The notes under the pieces: generated by a model
Databases searched by the model: none
Seen by the model: the letters and a program-made list of their open reading frames with translations, nothing else
What the model was told of the DNA's origin: nothing
Assembly: GCA_903951185.1 (NCBI GenBank)
Contig: CAJBBC010000116.1
Coordinates: 1 to 48,019 of the forward strand
Reading direction: 5' to 3'
DNA from: an uncultured Actinomycetes bacterium
Lineage (GTDB): Bacteria; Actinomycetota; Actinomycetes; S36-B12; UBA5976
DNA length: 48,019 bases
Made by a program: the position numbers and the translations under genes
In this document: positions 1 to 10,601 of the stretch, piece by piece
How positions within the stretch are numbered: the stretch's first letter is position 1
How the letters are laid out: each line of letters starts with the position of its first letter

Positions 1-117
1 GTATCAGAAATCTTGATTGGTTGGCACATTGAAAATGGATACATGTGGCCCTATGTACTCCTGGCTTACTTGTTATCGCCTCTGCTTGTGGGGTCGATTT
101 TCTTTAGGGCTAGGTAG
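1..117 (+). CDS. 3' end of an unidentified CDS entering from the left edge (hydrophobic C-terminus)
   Basis: Frame 1 is open from base 1 to TAG at 115-117. The translation VSEILIGWHIENGYMWPYVLLAYLLSPLLVGSIFFRAR has one membrane-helix-like stretch. No family can be assigned from 38 aa. Confidence 0.3.
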   Translation, partial: VSEILIGWHIENGYMWPYVLLAYLLSPLLVGSIFFRAR

Positions 118-183
118 AAAACAAAAAGCCCTCTTTATTGCTCTCCTACGGCGTAAAGGGGGACTCGTCTCTATAATTTTTGT

Positions 184-396
184 GTGCCCGAAAAGAAAGT
201 GAATGGACCAGCGTCCTATTTTCCTTCAATCGAGAAGAAATATGGAAAACCAATTTCGCATTGGATGAAGGAATTGAAAAAAGTTTCTAAGCTAGCGCAC
301 ATGGAACAAGTTGCGCACTTAAAGGAAAAATTTGAAATTGGCCACGGCCACGCAAACGCGATGGTGGCAGTATTCCGTAAAGAAAACGGACTTTAA
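184..396 (+). CDS. DUF4287-like small protein
   Basis: 70-aa ORF with a GTG start. PASYFPSIEKKYGKPISHWM...HLKEKFEIGHGHANAMV resembles the DUF4287 family. TATAAT at 172-177 lies 6 nt upstream of the GTG, so a leaderless transcript is possible. Confidence 0.65.
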   Translation: MPEKKVNGPASYFPSIEKKYGKPISHWMKELKKVSKLAHMEQVAHLKEKFEIGHGHANAMVAVFRKENGL

Positions 397-421
397 TTCA
401 AATAAATCGACATACTTAACT

Positions 422-835
422 ATGCGTAAAAATCAAATTGGCAGTGGCCTGGGAATATTCTTAATAGTGACTGGTTCTGGCCACTTTCTTTTCCCAGAGC
501 CGTTAGATGAAATAGTTCCACCGGTATTGCCGTTTGATCCACGATTTTGGACTTACGCAAGCGGGGTAGCAGAACTTTTAGTTGGCTTGTTACTACTTAT
601 GCCGATTACGAAGTATCTATTCGGAATTAATTTGAAGTTAGCTGGTGCGCGCAGCGCATTCGCGCTGTTCTTAATTGTGTACCCAGCAAATATTTATATG
701 GCTATCGATTGGCTTGACCGGCCATTTTCCGAAGCCTGGGTGGCCTGGGCAAGACTGCCACTGCAGTTCGGACTCTTTTATTGGAGCCTTAGTATCGCGA
801 AGAAAATTCGCGCTCAAATAGGAAAAAACGCATAA
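422..835 (+). CDS. DoxX-like integral membrane protein
   Basis: ATG at 422 is preferred over the 332 extension, which overlaps the previous gene. The protein has about 4 hydrophobic helices, and the GSGHFLFPEPLDEIVPPVLP...SGVAELLVGLLLL pattern is typical of DoxX-like (COG4270-type) proteins. Confidence 0.65.
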   Translation: MRKNQIGSGLGIFLIVTGSGHFLFPEPLDEIVPPVLPFDPRFWTYASGVAELLVGLLLLMPITKYLFGINLKLAGARSAFALFLIVYPANIYMAIDWLDRPFSEAWVAWARLPLQFGLFYWSLSIAKKIRAQIGKNA

Positions 836-862
836 GTCTCATTTCTGTCATACGGTAAGGAC

Positions 863-2230
863 ATGACCGAAAAATTAGTTCTTGTAACAGGTGCAACTGG
901 GTATGTTGGTGGGCGGCTAGTTCGTGAACTTCTCAATGAGGGTTTAAAAGTTCGGGTTTTAGTTCGAGATGCAAAGAAAACAGAAGGCCATAGTTGGGCT
1001 GGCAAAGTTGAGATTGCTGTTGGCGATGCAAGCTCACAAGTTGATTTAGAGCATGCTCTTCATGGGGTAGACATCTGTTATTACTTGCTGCACTCGTTAA
1101 ATGTTGGTGCCCATTTTCAGGAAATTGAAAATGACATGGCTACTACTTTCGCTGCGGCGGCGAAAAAAGAGAACGTTAAACAAATTGTTTATTTAGGCGG
1201 AATTAATAATGATGTTTCACAAAGTAAACATCTAAGTTCACGCGCACGTGTCGGTGAAGTTCTGCAAAACTCTGGTATTCCAACAATTGAATTACGGGCC
1301 GGAATGGTTTTAGGTTCTGGCTCTGCTTCGTTTGAAATGTTAAGGCACTTAACACATCGATTGCCGATTATGACAACCCCAAAATGGATTAATAACCGTA
1401 CACATCCAATTGCAGTAAGAGACGTACTTTGGTACCTAAAAAACTGTGCGCTCTTGCCAAATCCAACTTCAGGGATTTATGACATCGGCGGACCAGACAC
1501 ATTAACTTATGCGCAATTAATGCAAGAGTTTGCAAAAGCATCAGGGCTTGCCAAGCGAATAATTATCAGCATCCCTGTGCTAACTCCTACCTTGGCTAGC
1601 CATTGGATTGGTTTAGTTACCCCGCTGCCAAGATCTCTGGCCAAAAACTTAGTTCAATCACTTATTTCTGAAGTTGTTGTTGATCCAAATAAAGATATTT
1701 CAAAATTAATTGCGCCGCCACCGGGTGGCACGCTTTCAGTTCGGGCTGCTATCGATTTGGCGCTAGAGCGGGTTAATAATGCACAGGTCGATACACGATG
1801 GTCTGATGCAAAAGATCCACAATCTCCCTGGAATAAGTCAGTAACCGATCCTGATTGGGCAGGGGTGCCAACGCACCAAGATATTCGCGAAATTGAATCA
1901 ACCGTTTCACAAGAAAAAATTTGGACTCAGATTGAAGGTATTGGTGGCGAAACCGGCTGGTACGGCGCTGACTTCTTATGGTCGATTAGAGGATTACTGG
2001 ACACAATTGTTGGTGGAGCCGGACTACGTCGTGGCCGACGCGACCCGCAAAAACTCAGAGCTGGCGAAAGCTTAGATTTTTGGCGAGTGGAAGCTATCGA
2101 ACATGGCAGATACCTACGGTTAATTGCCGAGATGAAGCTACCTGGGGAAGCTTGGTTGGAATTTGAATTAAAGCCATCCGATAAACCAGGGGTAACAAAA
2201 GTTAAGCTAACTGCACCTTTTGTGCGTTAA
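863..2230 (+). CDS. NAD(P)-binding SDR/NmrA-like oxidoreductase fused to a DUF2867 domain (YbjT-like), ending at a premature in-frame TAA
   Basis: The N-terminal Rossmann motif is VLVTGATGYVGGRLV and the C-terminal half is DUF2867-like. The ORF stops at TAA 2228-2230, but the conserved family C-terminus continues in frame (see 2231-2329). Confidence 0.85.
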   Translation: MTEKLVLVTGATGYVGGRLVRELLNEGLKVRVLVRDAKKTEGHSWAGKVEIAVGDASSQVDLEHALHGVDICYYLLHSLNVGAHFQEIENDMATTFAAAAKKENVKQIVYLGGINNDVSQSKHLSSRARVGEVLQNSGIPTIELRAGMVLGSGSASFEMLRHLTHRLPIMTTPKWINNRTHPIAVRDVLWYLKNCALLPNPTSGIYDIGGPDTLTYAQLMQEFAKASGLAKRIIISIPVLTPTLASHWIGLVTPLPRSLAKNLVQSLISEVVVDPNKDISKLIAPPPGGTLSVRAAIDLALERVNNAQVDTRWSDAKDPQSPWNKSVTDPDWAGVPTHQDIREIESTVSQEKIWTQIEGIGGETGWYGADFLWSIRGLLDTIVGGAGLRRGRRDPQKLRAGESLDFWRVEAIEHGRYLRLIAEMKLPGEAWLEFELKPSDKPGVTKVKLTAPFVR

Positions 2231-2329
2231 GGTTTACTAGGACATCTTTATTGGTACGCGATTGCACCATTTCATTTCTTGGTTTTTCCAACCATGATTC
2301 GAAATATCGAAAAATCCGCTAATAAGTAA
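2231..2329 (+). other. In-frame coding remnant: conserved DUF2867 C-terminus downstream of the TAA
   Basis: Same frame as 863-2230. It translates to GLLGHLYWYAIAPFHFLVFPTMIRNIEKSANK and then TAA at 2327-2329. The YWY..PFH..F..M.RNI pattern is the usual end of DUF2867 proteins. The segment fills the gap to the next gene exactly, leaving 1 nt. Confidence 0.75.
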
Positions 2330-2330
2330 T

Positions 2331-3095
2331 CTAGGTGACCGGAATTAACGTATTAGCAAATATCTGCCAAGCAAGTAATGATTTAGCAACCAAACTAAGC
2401 ACAATGTAAGTACGCTCACCGTAAAGGTAGTTAGACCACTTACCTTTTGCTTGGTATTGCTTGTACTGCACCCAAGCAAATGAGTTGAACAGAACAAAAA
2501 TTGTCACGATAATTCCGTAAACAAAAGCTGGTGCTTTTGCATCAGATGGGTTACCTGGTGCCAAGACATAAATAACAATCGCTAACCAAGGAACAATTCC
2601 AGTTATGCAGCCAAAAATAAATGGCAACCAACCACCATTACCTGGCTGTTCATATTTTTCTTGCAGCCAGCCGAACAGAATCATCGATGCATTTACACCA
2701 AAAATAGCCAGCAGCGCAGTGACATCAGCAATGCCAGTAATTTGAGCGATTAAAACAATCATCACTGAAGAGCTAATTGAGTATTCAATCCAGCGGAAAT
2801 AATTTCGCTTTTGAGCTAGCCCGTTGCTGTAGCGGGGGAAATACTTTGGACTTACTAAAATGAAGTGCGCTAGTGCTGATAGACCCAAGAAAAGGGCAAC
2901 TGCATATGCAAGTGGAGTCTCATACAAAACAACGGAATCTGCAAAAACTGATCCCGGCGGACCAGCCATGTAAGTGGCAGTAACCGGTAGACCGAAGTCT
3001 GTTGAAAGCGCTAAGACAGCAAACATTTGGGCAAGGTGCACGACACCGGCAATTAAGTTAAACCGACGTAATCCTGGAACAGTAATTGGTTTCAT
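2331..3095 (-). CDS. heliorhodopsin (retinal-binding 7-TM photoreceptor protein)
   Basis: 254 aa with 7 hydrophobic helices. The blocks RFNLIAGVVHLAQMFAVLAL, FRWIEYSISSSVMIVLIAQ, GVNASMILFGWLQEKY and YIVLSLVAKSLLAWQIF (Schiff-base Lys) closely match my recollection of heliorhodopsin 48C12. Confidence 0.9.
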   Translation of the reverse strand: MKPITVPGLRRFNLIAGVVHLAQMFAVLALSTDFGLPVTATYMAGPPGSVFADSVVLYETPLAYAVALFLGLSALAHFILVSPKYFPRYSNGLAQKRNYFRWIEYSISSSVMIVLIAQITGIADVTALLAIFGVNASMILFGWLQEKYEQPGNGGWLPFIFGCITGIVPWLAIVIYVLAPGNPSDAKAPAFVYGIIVTIFVLFNSFAWVQYKQYQAKGKWSNYLYGERTYIVLSLVAKSLLAWQIFANTLIPVT

Positions 3096-3157
3096 TTCTC
3101 CAGCGTAAGCACTGTTCGCCGAATATTCAGTTATTTAATTAGAGTTAGGCTCTAACC

Positions 3158-3946
3158 ATGGGTTTTACGCGGTTTATAGCAATGGGCGATTCGCTAACTG
3201 AAGGTTTATCCGACCGATACCCAACTGGAAACTATCGCGGCTGGGCCGATCGAGTTGCCGATGTTTTGGCCAGCCAGAACGCAGATTTTAAGTACGCAAA
3301 TTTAGCTGTTCGAGGCAAATTGATTAATCAAGTTATTGCAGATCAGATTCCAGCAGCAATCAGTTATGTAGTTCCTAATCAAACAATTCTTTCATTTCAT
3401 GCTGGGGCCAATGACTTACTGCGACCAAAACTGATCCTTCCGGAGATCCTAGAGAGTTATGTCTCTGCAGTTGAGCAAATTGCAAAATTAGATGTTAAGT
3501 TGCTGCTTTTTACTGTTCGCGAAATCCTAAATCCCAAATCCAAAATTGAAGAACTATGGAATTTGCGATTTATGCCGTTCAACGAAAATGTTAAACAAAC
3601 TGCCCGTGCGCACCAAGCAACTGTATTAGATGCAAATAGCGCACAAGTTTTTGGCGATCCGCGGATGCTGGCAAAAGATCGTTTGCATTTAAGTAGTGAA
3701 GGACATCGACGAGTAGCGGCGGCTGTTTTGAATGAATTGAATTTGCCGCATGATTCAGACTGGCGAGATCCACTACCGCCTGCAAAAGTTACACCAAGGG
3801 TAATTCAATTGGGAGTTAACTCCTTATGGGCTGTTGCTTTCGTGATCCCTTGGGTAATCCGCAGATTAACGGGCAAGTCATCGGGGGATAGTCGAGTGGC
3901 AAAATATCCAACTCCAATTAATTGGCCGATCGATACACTTAATTAA
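3158..3946 (+). CDS. SGNH/GDSL-family hydrolase with a C-terminal hydrophobic segment
   Basis: The N-terminal block I is FIAMGDSLTEG (GDS nucleophile), followed by a GAND block and DRLHLSSEGH (D-x-x-H). A hydrophobic tail is LWAVAFVIPWVI. Confidence 0.85.
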   Translation: MGFTRFIAMGDSLTEGLSDRYPTGNYRGWADRVADVLASQNADFKYANLAVRGKLINQVIADQIPAAISYVVPNQTILSFHAGANDLLRPKLILPEILESYVSAVEQIAKLDVKLLLFTVREILNPKSKIEELWNLRFMPFNENVKQTARAHQATVLDANSAQVFGDPRMLAKDRLHLSSEGHRRVAAAVLNELNLPHDSDWRDPLPPAKVTPRVIQLGVNSLWAVAFVIPWVIRRLTGKSSGDSRVAKYPTPINWPIDTLN

Positions 3947-3971
3947 ATTAAGTTTGAGTTGAACGGAAATC

Positions 3972-4238
3972 ATGTCAAAACCACTTGTCACTATGTACAG
4001 CACCGTTTGGTGTGGCTATTGCCAACGCCTAAAGAAACAGTTAGCTGAGCATTCAATTGAATTTACTGAAGTTGATATAGAAGAACACCCAGAGTTCGTT
4101 GACTTAATTGAGTCACTTAATGAAGGAAATCGCACTGTTCCGACTCTTGTTTTTTCTGATGGATATTCAATGACAAATCCATCTGCTCAAGCAGTAGCGC
4201 TAAAAGTTGCCGAGCTAGAAAGTCAGTCCTCGAACTAG
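3972..4238 (+). CDS. mycoredoxin (glutaredoxin-fold, CGYC active site)
   Basis: 88 aa. VTMYSTVWCGYCQRLK...GNRTVPTLVFSDGYSMTNPS parallels mycobacterial mycoredoxin-1. Confidence 0.85.
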   Translation: MSKPLVTMYSTVWCGYCQRLKKQLAEHSIEFTEVDIEEHPEFVDLIESLNEGNRTVPTLVFSDGYSMTNPSAQAVALKVAELESQSSN

Positions 4239-4370
4239 CGGAAACCCTAAATTCAGGGCAATTGGATCCAGTTGTGATGTGATGTTTTCCGATTCTGCAT
4301 ACAAACCAGGATTTATGGAGTTAATTTTGTCCCAATGGGCATATGAATGCTCAGGGAATTGGAGAAAGTA

Positions 4371-5894
4371 ATGACTGACTATGCAGCTCCCGGTACGCCT
4401 GGCAGTAAAGCAGAATTCAAAGCTCGCTACGACCACTGGATTAATGGCCAGTATGTAAAGCCAGCATCTGGGCAATACTTCGAAAATGTAACTCCAGTAA
4501 CTGGAAAAGTTTTCTGTGAAGTTGCTCGCGGTAATGCAGCAGATGTAGATAAGGCGCTAGATGCTGCGCACGCAGCCGCTAAAACTTGGGGTAAAACTTC
4601 TTACACTGAGCGCGCAATAATCCTTAACAAAATTGCTGATCGAATGGAACAAAACCTAGAAGCAATTTCGGTTGCTGAAACCTGGGATAACGGTAAACCA
4701 ATTCGCGAAACTTTAAATGCAGACATCCCACTAGCCATCGATCACTTCCGTTATTTTGCTGGAGTAATTCGGGCGCAAGAAGGATCATCAACGCAACTTG
4801 ACGAAGATACTGTGGCTTACCATTTCCATGAACCACTTGGGGTAGTTGGCCAGATTATTCCTTGGAACTTCCCAATTTTGATGGCAGTTTGGAAACTTGC
4901 ACCAGCATTAGCGGCAGGTAACTGCGTTGTGCTTAAGCCAGCCGAACAAACACCTGCATCGATTATGTTCCTGATGGAAATCATCGCTGATCTACTTCCA
5001 GCAGGCGTAGTGAATATTGTGCAAGGGTTTGGTGTCGAAGCTGGAAAGCCATTAGCGTCGTCTCCACGTATTGCGAAGATTGCTTTCACTGGTGAAACAA
5101 CTACTGGTCGCTTGATCATGCAGTACGCATCAGAAAATATCATTCCGGTCACCCTAGAACTTGGTGGCAAGAGTCCAAATATTTTCTTCAACGATGTGGC
5201 TGCAGAAAACGACTCGTACTACGACAAAGCACTTGAAGGTTTCACATTATTTGCGCTAAATCAGGGTGAAGTGTGTACCTGCCCATCACGCGGATTAATC
5301 GAAAAGAAGATCTACGATAAATTCCTTGGCGATGTTACAAAGCGAACCCAAGCAATTATCCAAGGTCATCCACTTGATTTAGCCACAATGATTGGCGCTC
5401 AAGCTTCTAATGATCAACTAGAAAAAATTCTTTCTTACATCGAAATTGGTAAAAAAGAAGGAGCCAAAGTCATTACCGGTGGCGAAAAAGCTGATCTAGG
5501 CGGCGAACTATCTGGTGGATATTATGTAACACCAACTATTTTCGAAGGTAAAAATTCAATGCGAATTTTCCAGGAGGAAATTTTTGGGCCAGTAGTTTCA
5601 GTAACTAGCTTCGATGGCTTTGACAATGCTATGGAAATTGCGAATGACACACTTTATGGTCTAGGTGCCGGCGTGTGGAGTCGTAACGGAAATATTGCTT
5701 ACCGTGCTGGTCGCGAAATTAAAGCAGGTCGTGTGTGGACTAACTGTTACCACGCCTACCCAGCTGGTGCAGCATTTGGTGGTTACAAAGCATCCGGTAT
5801 CGGACGTGAAAACCATGCAATGATGCTGGATCACTACCAACAAACTAAGAACCTACTTGTTTCTTACTCAGAAAATAAGTTGGGATTCTTCTAA
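4371..5894 (+). CDS. NAD(P)-dependent aldehyde dehydrogenase
   Basis: ATG at 4371 is preceded by GGAG at 4361-4364, so it is preferred over 4347. The ALDH motifs are present: [29 protein letters not shown] (catalytic Cys) and EEIFGPV. Confidence 0.9.
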   Translation: MTDYAAPGTPGSKAEFKARYDHWINGQYVKPASGQYFENVTPVTGKVFCEVARGNAADVDKALDAAHAAAKTWGKTSYTERAIILNKIADRMEQNLEAISVAETWDNGKPIRETLNADIPLAIDHFRYFAGVIRAQEGSSTQLDEDTVAYHFHEPLGVVGQIIPWNFPILMAVWKLAPALAAGNCVVLKPAEQTPASIMFLMEIIADLLPAGVVNIVQGFGVEAGKPLASSPRIAKIAFTGETTTGRLIMQYASENIIPVTLELGGKSPNIFFNDVAAENDSYYDKALEGFTLFALNQGEVCTCPSRGLIEKKIYDKFLGDVTKRTQAIIQGHPLDLATMIGAQASNDQLEKILSYIEIGKKEGAKVITGGEKADLGGELSGGYYVTPTIFEGKNSMRIFQEEIFGPVVSVTSFDGFDNAMEIANDTLYGLGAGVWSRNGNIAYRAGREIKAGRVWTNCYHAYPAGAAFGGYKASGIGRENHAMMLDHYQQTKNLLVSYSENKLGFF

Positions 5895-5900
5895 ATCGAA

Positions 5901-6311
5901 ATGGAAATTCCAACTCGGGTTGAACTAACACCACTTGCCGAAGATTTACTTCGCAAGCTGTATGCGATTCACGGACCTTTGATGTTTCACCAGTCCGGTG
6001 GTTGCTGCGATGGTTCATCCCCAATGTGTTACCCAGCCGGAGAATTCCGGGTTGGTGGCGCTGATGTTAAGTTGGGCGATTTAGTAGTGGCTGACATTCC
6101 AGAACCTATTGGTTTTTGGATGTCAGCCACTCAATTCGAATATTGGAAGCACACACATTTAACGGTTGATGTTGTTGATGGTCGCGGCGGCGGATTCTCG
6201 CTTGAATCGCCTGAAGGAAAAAGATTCTTGATTCGCTCCCGCCTTTTCACAGACGAGCAGTGGGCAATTTTGGAAAAACACCCAGTTAAAACTGGAGCCA
6301 CTGGCAACTAG
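5901..6311 (+). CDS. DUF779 domain protein (usual partner of this ALDH subfamily)
   Basis: The gene lies 6 nt after the ALDH stop. MFHQSGGCCDGSSPMCYP and QFEYWKHT are characteristic DUF779 blocks. Confidence 0.85.
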   Translation: MEIPTRVELTPLAEDLLRKLYAIHGPLMFHQSGGCCDGSSPMCYPAGEFRVGGADVKLGDLVVADIPEPIGFWMSATQFEYWKHTHLTVDVVDGRGGGFSLESPEGKRFLIRSRLFTDEQWAILEKHPVKTGATGN

Positions 6312-6362
6312 CGCCAAATCTCATTAGTTGAAGATTCAACTAATAGCACGTATGCTGTAAAT

Positions 6363-7403
6363 GTGATTGATGTAAACACTCTGCGATTTGGCTTAGACAC
6401 TTTTGGTGATATGTCCAATAGTGAATCAGGCGAGCCACTTGGCGCCGGCCAAACTATTCGCAATGTTGTTGAGCAGGCAAAGCTAGCTGATGAACTCGGA
6501 TTACATCACATCAATATCGGTGAACATCATCGTGATGATTTTGCTGTTTCAGCGCCAGATACAGTTTTAGCGGGTATCGCTACAGTTACAAAAAACATAA
6601 CGCTAGGTACGGGCGTTACCGTACTTTCAAGTGACGATCCAGTTCGGGTTTATCAAAGGTTTGCGACGTTAGACGCGCTTTCAAATGGTCGCGCTGAAAT
6701 AACCGCAGGTAGAGGATCGTTTACTGAGTCGTTTCCATTATTCGGTTACAACTTAAATGAATACCATGTTTTATTCGAAGAAAAGCTTGAGTTACTAGTT
6801 CAACTTTTGAATGAAGGCCCAGTAACTTGGCAAGGTCAAACTAGAGCCGCATTAAATAATCAAGAGGTTTATCCAAAAACAGATCGCGGTCGGATTCCAT
6901 TGCGCGTTGGTGTTGGTGGATCACCTGAATCAGTAGTGCGCGCAGCTCGCCTTGGCGCTCAGCTAGCACTGGCCATTATTGGTGGCGATCCGGCCAGATT
7001 TGCGCCATTTGTGGATTTATATCATCAAGCTGCGAATGAATACTCAAATCCGATCTTGCCAGTTTCTATTCATTCGCCAGGTCACATTGCTCTTAATGAC
7101 GAAGATGCGATCGAGCAACTTTGGCCGCATTACCAAACTATGTTTGGCCGCATTGGCCGTGAACGCGGTTGGAGTCCAGTAACCAAAGATCATTACCTGA
7201 ATGAAGTTAAATCTGGTTCGCTTTATGTCGGTTCACCAGAAACTGTTGCTCAGAAAATTGCTTATGCCCTTAAATCAGTAGGGGCTAGCCGTTTCGACCT
7301 GAAGTATTCAAATGGACCAGTGCCACAGTCTCAACTGTTAAATACGATCGAACTTTTTGCAACTCAGGTAGTTCCGCGCGTAAAGGAATTATTAAGTACT
7401 TAA
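6363..7403 (+). CDS. LLM-class (luciferase-like) flavin-dependent oxidoreductase
   Basis: GTG start. The N-terminus LRFGLDTFGD...INIGEHH and the overall 346-aa layout are typical of luciferase-like monooxygenases. Confidence 0.8.
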   Translation: MIDVNTLRFGLDTFGDMSNSESGEPLGAGQTIRNVVEQAKLADELGLHHINIGEHHRDDFAVSAPDTVLAGIATVTKNITLGTGVTVLSSDDPVRVYQRFATLDALSNGRAEITAGRGSFTESFPLFGYNLNEYHVLFEEKLELLVQLLNEGPVTWQGQTRAALNNQEVYPKTDRGRIPLRVGVGGSPESVVRAARLGAQLALAIIGGDPARFAPFVDLYHQAANEYSNPILPVSIHSPGHIALNDEDAIEQLWPHYQTMFGRIGRERGWSPVTKDHYLNEVKSGSLYVGSPETVAQKIAYALKSVGASRFDLKYSNGPVPQSQLLNTIELFATQVVPRVKELLST

Positions 7404-7412
7404 ATAATTTAG

Positions 7413-7895
7413 TTAGTTTGGCAAATTTGCTTCAATTAACTTGATAATTTCTGGATCATCAGGTTTTGTGGTGGGCGCAAAACGAAATACTTTTCCATTA
7501 GGCATAACCAAGAATTTTTCAAAGTTCCATTTAATTCGACCTGATTTGCCGGCCTCATCCTTATTTTTAGTTAGCTGCGCATATAGTGGGTGCGCACCCC
7601 GGCCATTCACTTTAACTTTTTGGGTCATTGGGAAAGTGGTACCCCACGTTGTTGAACAGTAATCTGAAATTGCTTCGCTACTACTTAGTTCCTGTAAAAA
7701 TTGATTAGATGGGAAGCCTAGGACGGTAAACCCACGATTTCCGTACTTCTTTTGTAGTTTTTCTAAAGTTTCATACTGCGGTGAAAGTCCACAGCGGGAG
7801 GCCACATTTACCACTAAAACAACTTTGTCTGAGAATTCAGCAAAATTAGTAACTCGGCCGTCCAGCATTTCAAGCTGCAAAGTATTTAACGTCAT
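7413..7895 (-). CDS. glutathione peroxidase family (Cys-type)
   Basis: VVLVVNVASRCGLSPQYETLEKLQKKY, LGFPSNQF and KWNFEKFL are canonical GPx blocks. The active-site residue is Cys, not a TGA-encoded Sec. Confidence 0.9.
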   Translation of the reverse strand: MTLNTLQLEMLDGRVTNFAEFSDKVVLVVNVASRCGLSPQYETLEKLQKKYGNRGFTVLGFPSNQFLQELSSSEAISDYCSTTWGTTFPMTQKVKVNGRGAHPLYAQLTKNKDEAGKSGRIKWNFEKFLVMPNGKVFRFAPTTKPDDPEIIKLIEANLPN

Positions 7896-7915
7896 TTATT
7901 TATTAGACCATTAAT

Positions 7916-8461
7916 TTGAAAAAGGCGCTCATCTTGAGAGAATTAAACGTGCTAACAAACGGATCTGGTCACCTGGAAGTGGTTGAGCTATCCGTCGATC
8001 AATGGCAGCGTTACCGCCAAATCCGATTAGATAGTTTGATTTCTGATCCAGATGCGTTCGGTGCCAACGTTGAAAAAACTGAAGCTGAAACTAAATCTGA
8101 CTGGGAACTGAGATTTGAAAAAGTTGTTCCAATTGTTGCAGTGGCTAACGGTATCGATTCTGGAATACTCACTATCGAAAACCTATCTGGAGATTTTGGT
8201 GCAACCTGCTGGATTGGCGGCTGCTGGGTGAATCCTAAATATCGGGGACAGGGCGTGATGCGAGCAATCTTCGACTACTTGGATGAAAACGCAGAGCTGC
8301 GCGATTGGAAAGTGCAAGGGCTTGGAGTCTGGCAAGACAACTATTCGGCAATTGCTGTTTATGAATCACTTGGTTTTGAAAATAAAGGTGAACCGGTACC
8401 TAGTACTTCTAAACCTGGGTTGTTTTATCAGCGAATGATTAGAAACGCAGTCACGATTTAG
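7916..8461 (+). CDS. GNAT-family N-acetyltransferase
   Basis: TTG start. The acetyl-CoA motif region is WVNPKYRGQGVMRAIF...AIAVYESLGF. Confidence 0.75.
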   Translation: MKKALILRELNVLTNGSGHLEVVELSVDQWQRYRQIRLDSLISDPDAFGANVEKTEAETKSDWELRFEKVVPIVAVANGIDSGILTIENLSGDFGATCWIGGCWVNPKYRGQGVMRAIFDYLDENAELRDWKVQGLGVWQDNYSAIAVYESLGFENKGEPVPSTSKPGLFYQRMIRNAVTI

Positions 8462-8834
8462 TAATGGCATTAGCCAAGATTGCGTCATGCACAAATTGAC
8501 TTAAACCTGGCTGCAGTTGCTCATAAAATTCAGAAAATCTCTGATCAGCAATATACATTTGAGCTAAACCAGCATGCATTTCATAGCTGCACTCGTACCA
8601 CCAATCGCTAATGGAGGCACGATGTGCTTCAGCACCTGCCATTGCTTCAAGTGAGTCAGCAGGCAAACCGGCTAACATTACATCCAATATTTGGTTAGTA
8701 GCTTCAGCCATAGTTTTCTTGGCAAGCTCGATGTCTTCTTGCGAATAATTCTTCAGCCGATTTTCTGATTCGCGATAGGCATCAGTATTACCCCAACGCT
8801 CTTTAGCTTCCGCTGAATATTGATCGCTTGTCAT
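8451..8834 (-). CDS. stand-alone TipAS-like antibiotic-recognition domain protein
   Basis: YSAEAKERWGNTDAYRES...HRASISDWWY resembles the C-terminal TipAS domain of TipA/MerR regulators, but there is no N-terminal MerR HTH. Confidence 0.7.
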   Translation of the reverse strand: MTSDQYSAEAKERWGNTDAYRESENRLKNYSQEDIELAKKTMAEATNQILDVMLAGLPADSLEAMAGAEAHRASISDWWYECSYEMHAGLAQMYIADQRFSEFYEQLQPGLSQFVHDAILANAITKS

Positions 8835-8875
8835 AACTACTTCATTTTAATAGTGAGTTATGTTATAAAAGTCTA

Positions 8876-9220
8876 ATGGGTGCGAAAGACATTGATAAAG
8901 TTTTTGCCAAATACCCGGCCGAGCAGCGGCAAACCCTTGAGATTGTTCGCGAACGTATTTTGGAAGTTATTCCAGATGCACAGCAATGTATTAAGTATGG
9001 AATCCCAACTTTCACACTTAACGGTAAAGGTGTTGTCGGGATAGCCGGTAATAAGCATTCATGTAGTTACTACCCGTATAGTGGTTCGGTTTTGAAGCAG
9101 TTCCCAGAATTAGCAGAGTGGAGCCAGACAAAAAGTGCATTGCACTTTCCAAATGACAAGCCTTTAACTAAAACCTTGATCCGCAAACTTATTAAAGCTC
9201 GGCTAGCGCTTGGAATTTAA
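8876..9220 (+). CDS. DUF1801 (YdhG-like) domain protein
   Basis: 114 aa. LEIVRERILEVIPDAQQCIKYGIPTFTLNGKGVVGIAG is the typical DUF1801 core. Confidence 0.65.
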   Translation: MGAKDIDKVFAKYPAEQRQTLEIVRERILEVIPDAQQCIKYGIPTFTLNGKGVVGIAGNKHSCSYYPYSGSVLKQFPELAEWSQTKSALHFPNDKPLTKTLIRKLIKARLALGI

Positions 9221-9239
9221 CGCACTTTTTGCCAGATAA

Positions 9240-10586
<1,347 letters not shown>

Positions 10587-10601
10587 TTAAAGGTACTTAA
10601 A

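Noticed and set aside
118-183. Structured RNA or terminator between the edge ORF and the DUF4287 gene
   Set aside because: Only an imperfect hairpin is present (CCCTCTTTA...TAAAGGGGG, with a 16-nt loop and no T-run). It matches no RNA family I know.
332-421. N-terminal extensions offered by the ORF track (332-421; also 37274-37408, 38775-38813 and 4347-4370)
   Set aside because: The extensions overlap upstream genes or promoter regions and lack an SD. Internal ATGs with better context give family-typical N-termini.
6323-6344. ATTAGTTGAA-ga-TTCAACTAAT inverted repeat after the DUF779 gene as a terminator
   Set aside because: It is AT-rich, has a 2-nt centre and no T-run, so it is not a convincing intrinsic terminator. 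It may be an operator for the downstream LLM gene, but nothing supports that.
7413-7895. Selenocysteine recoding in the glutathione peroxidase
   Set aside because: The active site reads ASRCG with an ordinary Cys codon and the ORF has no in-frame TGA.
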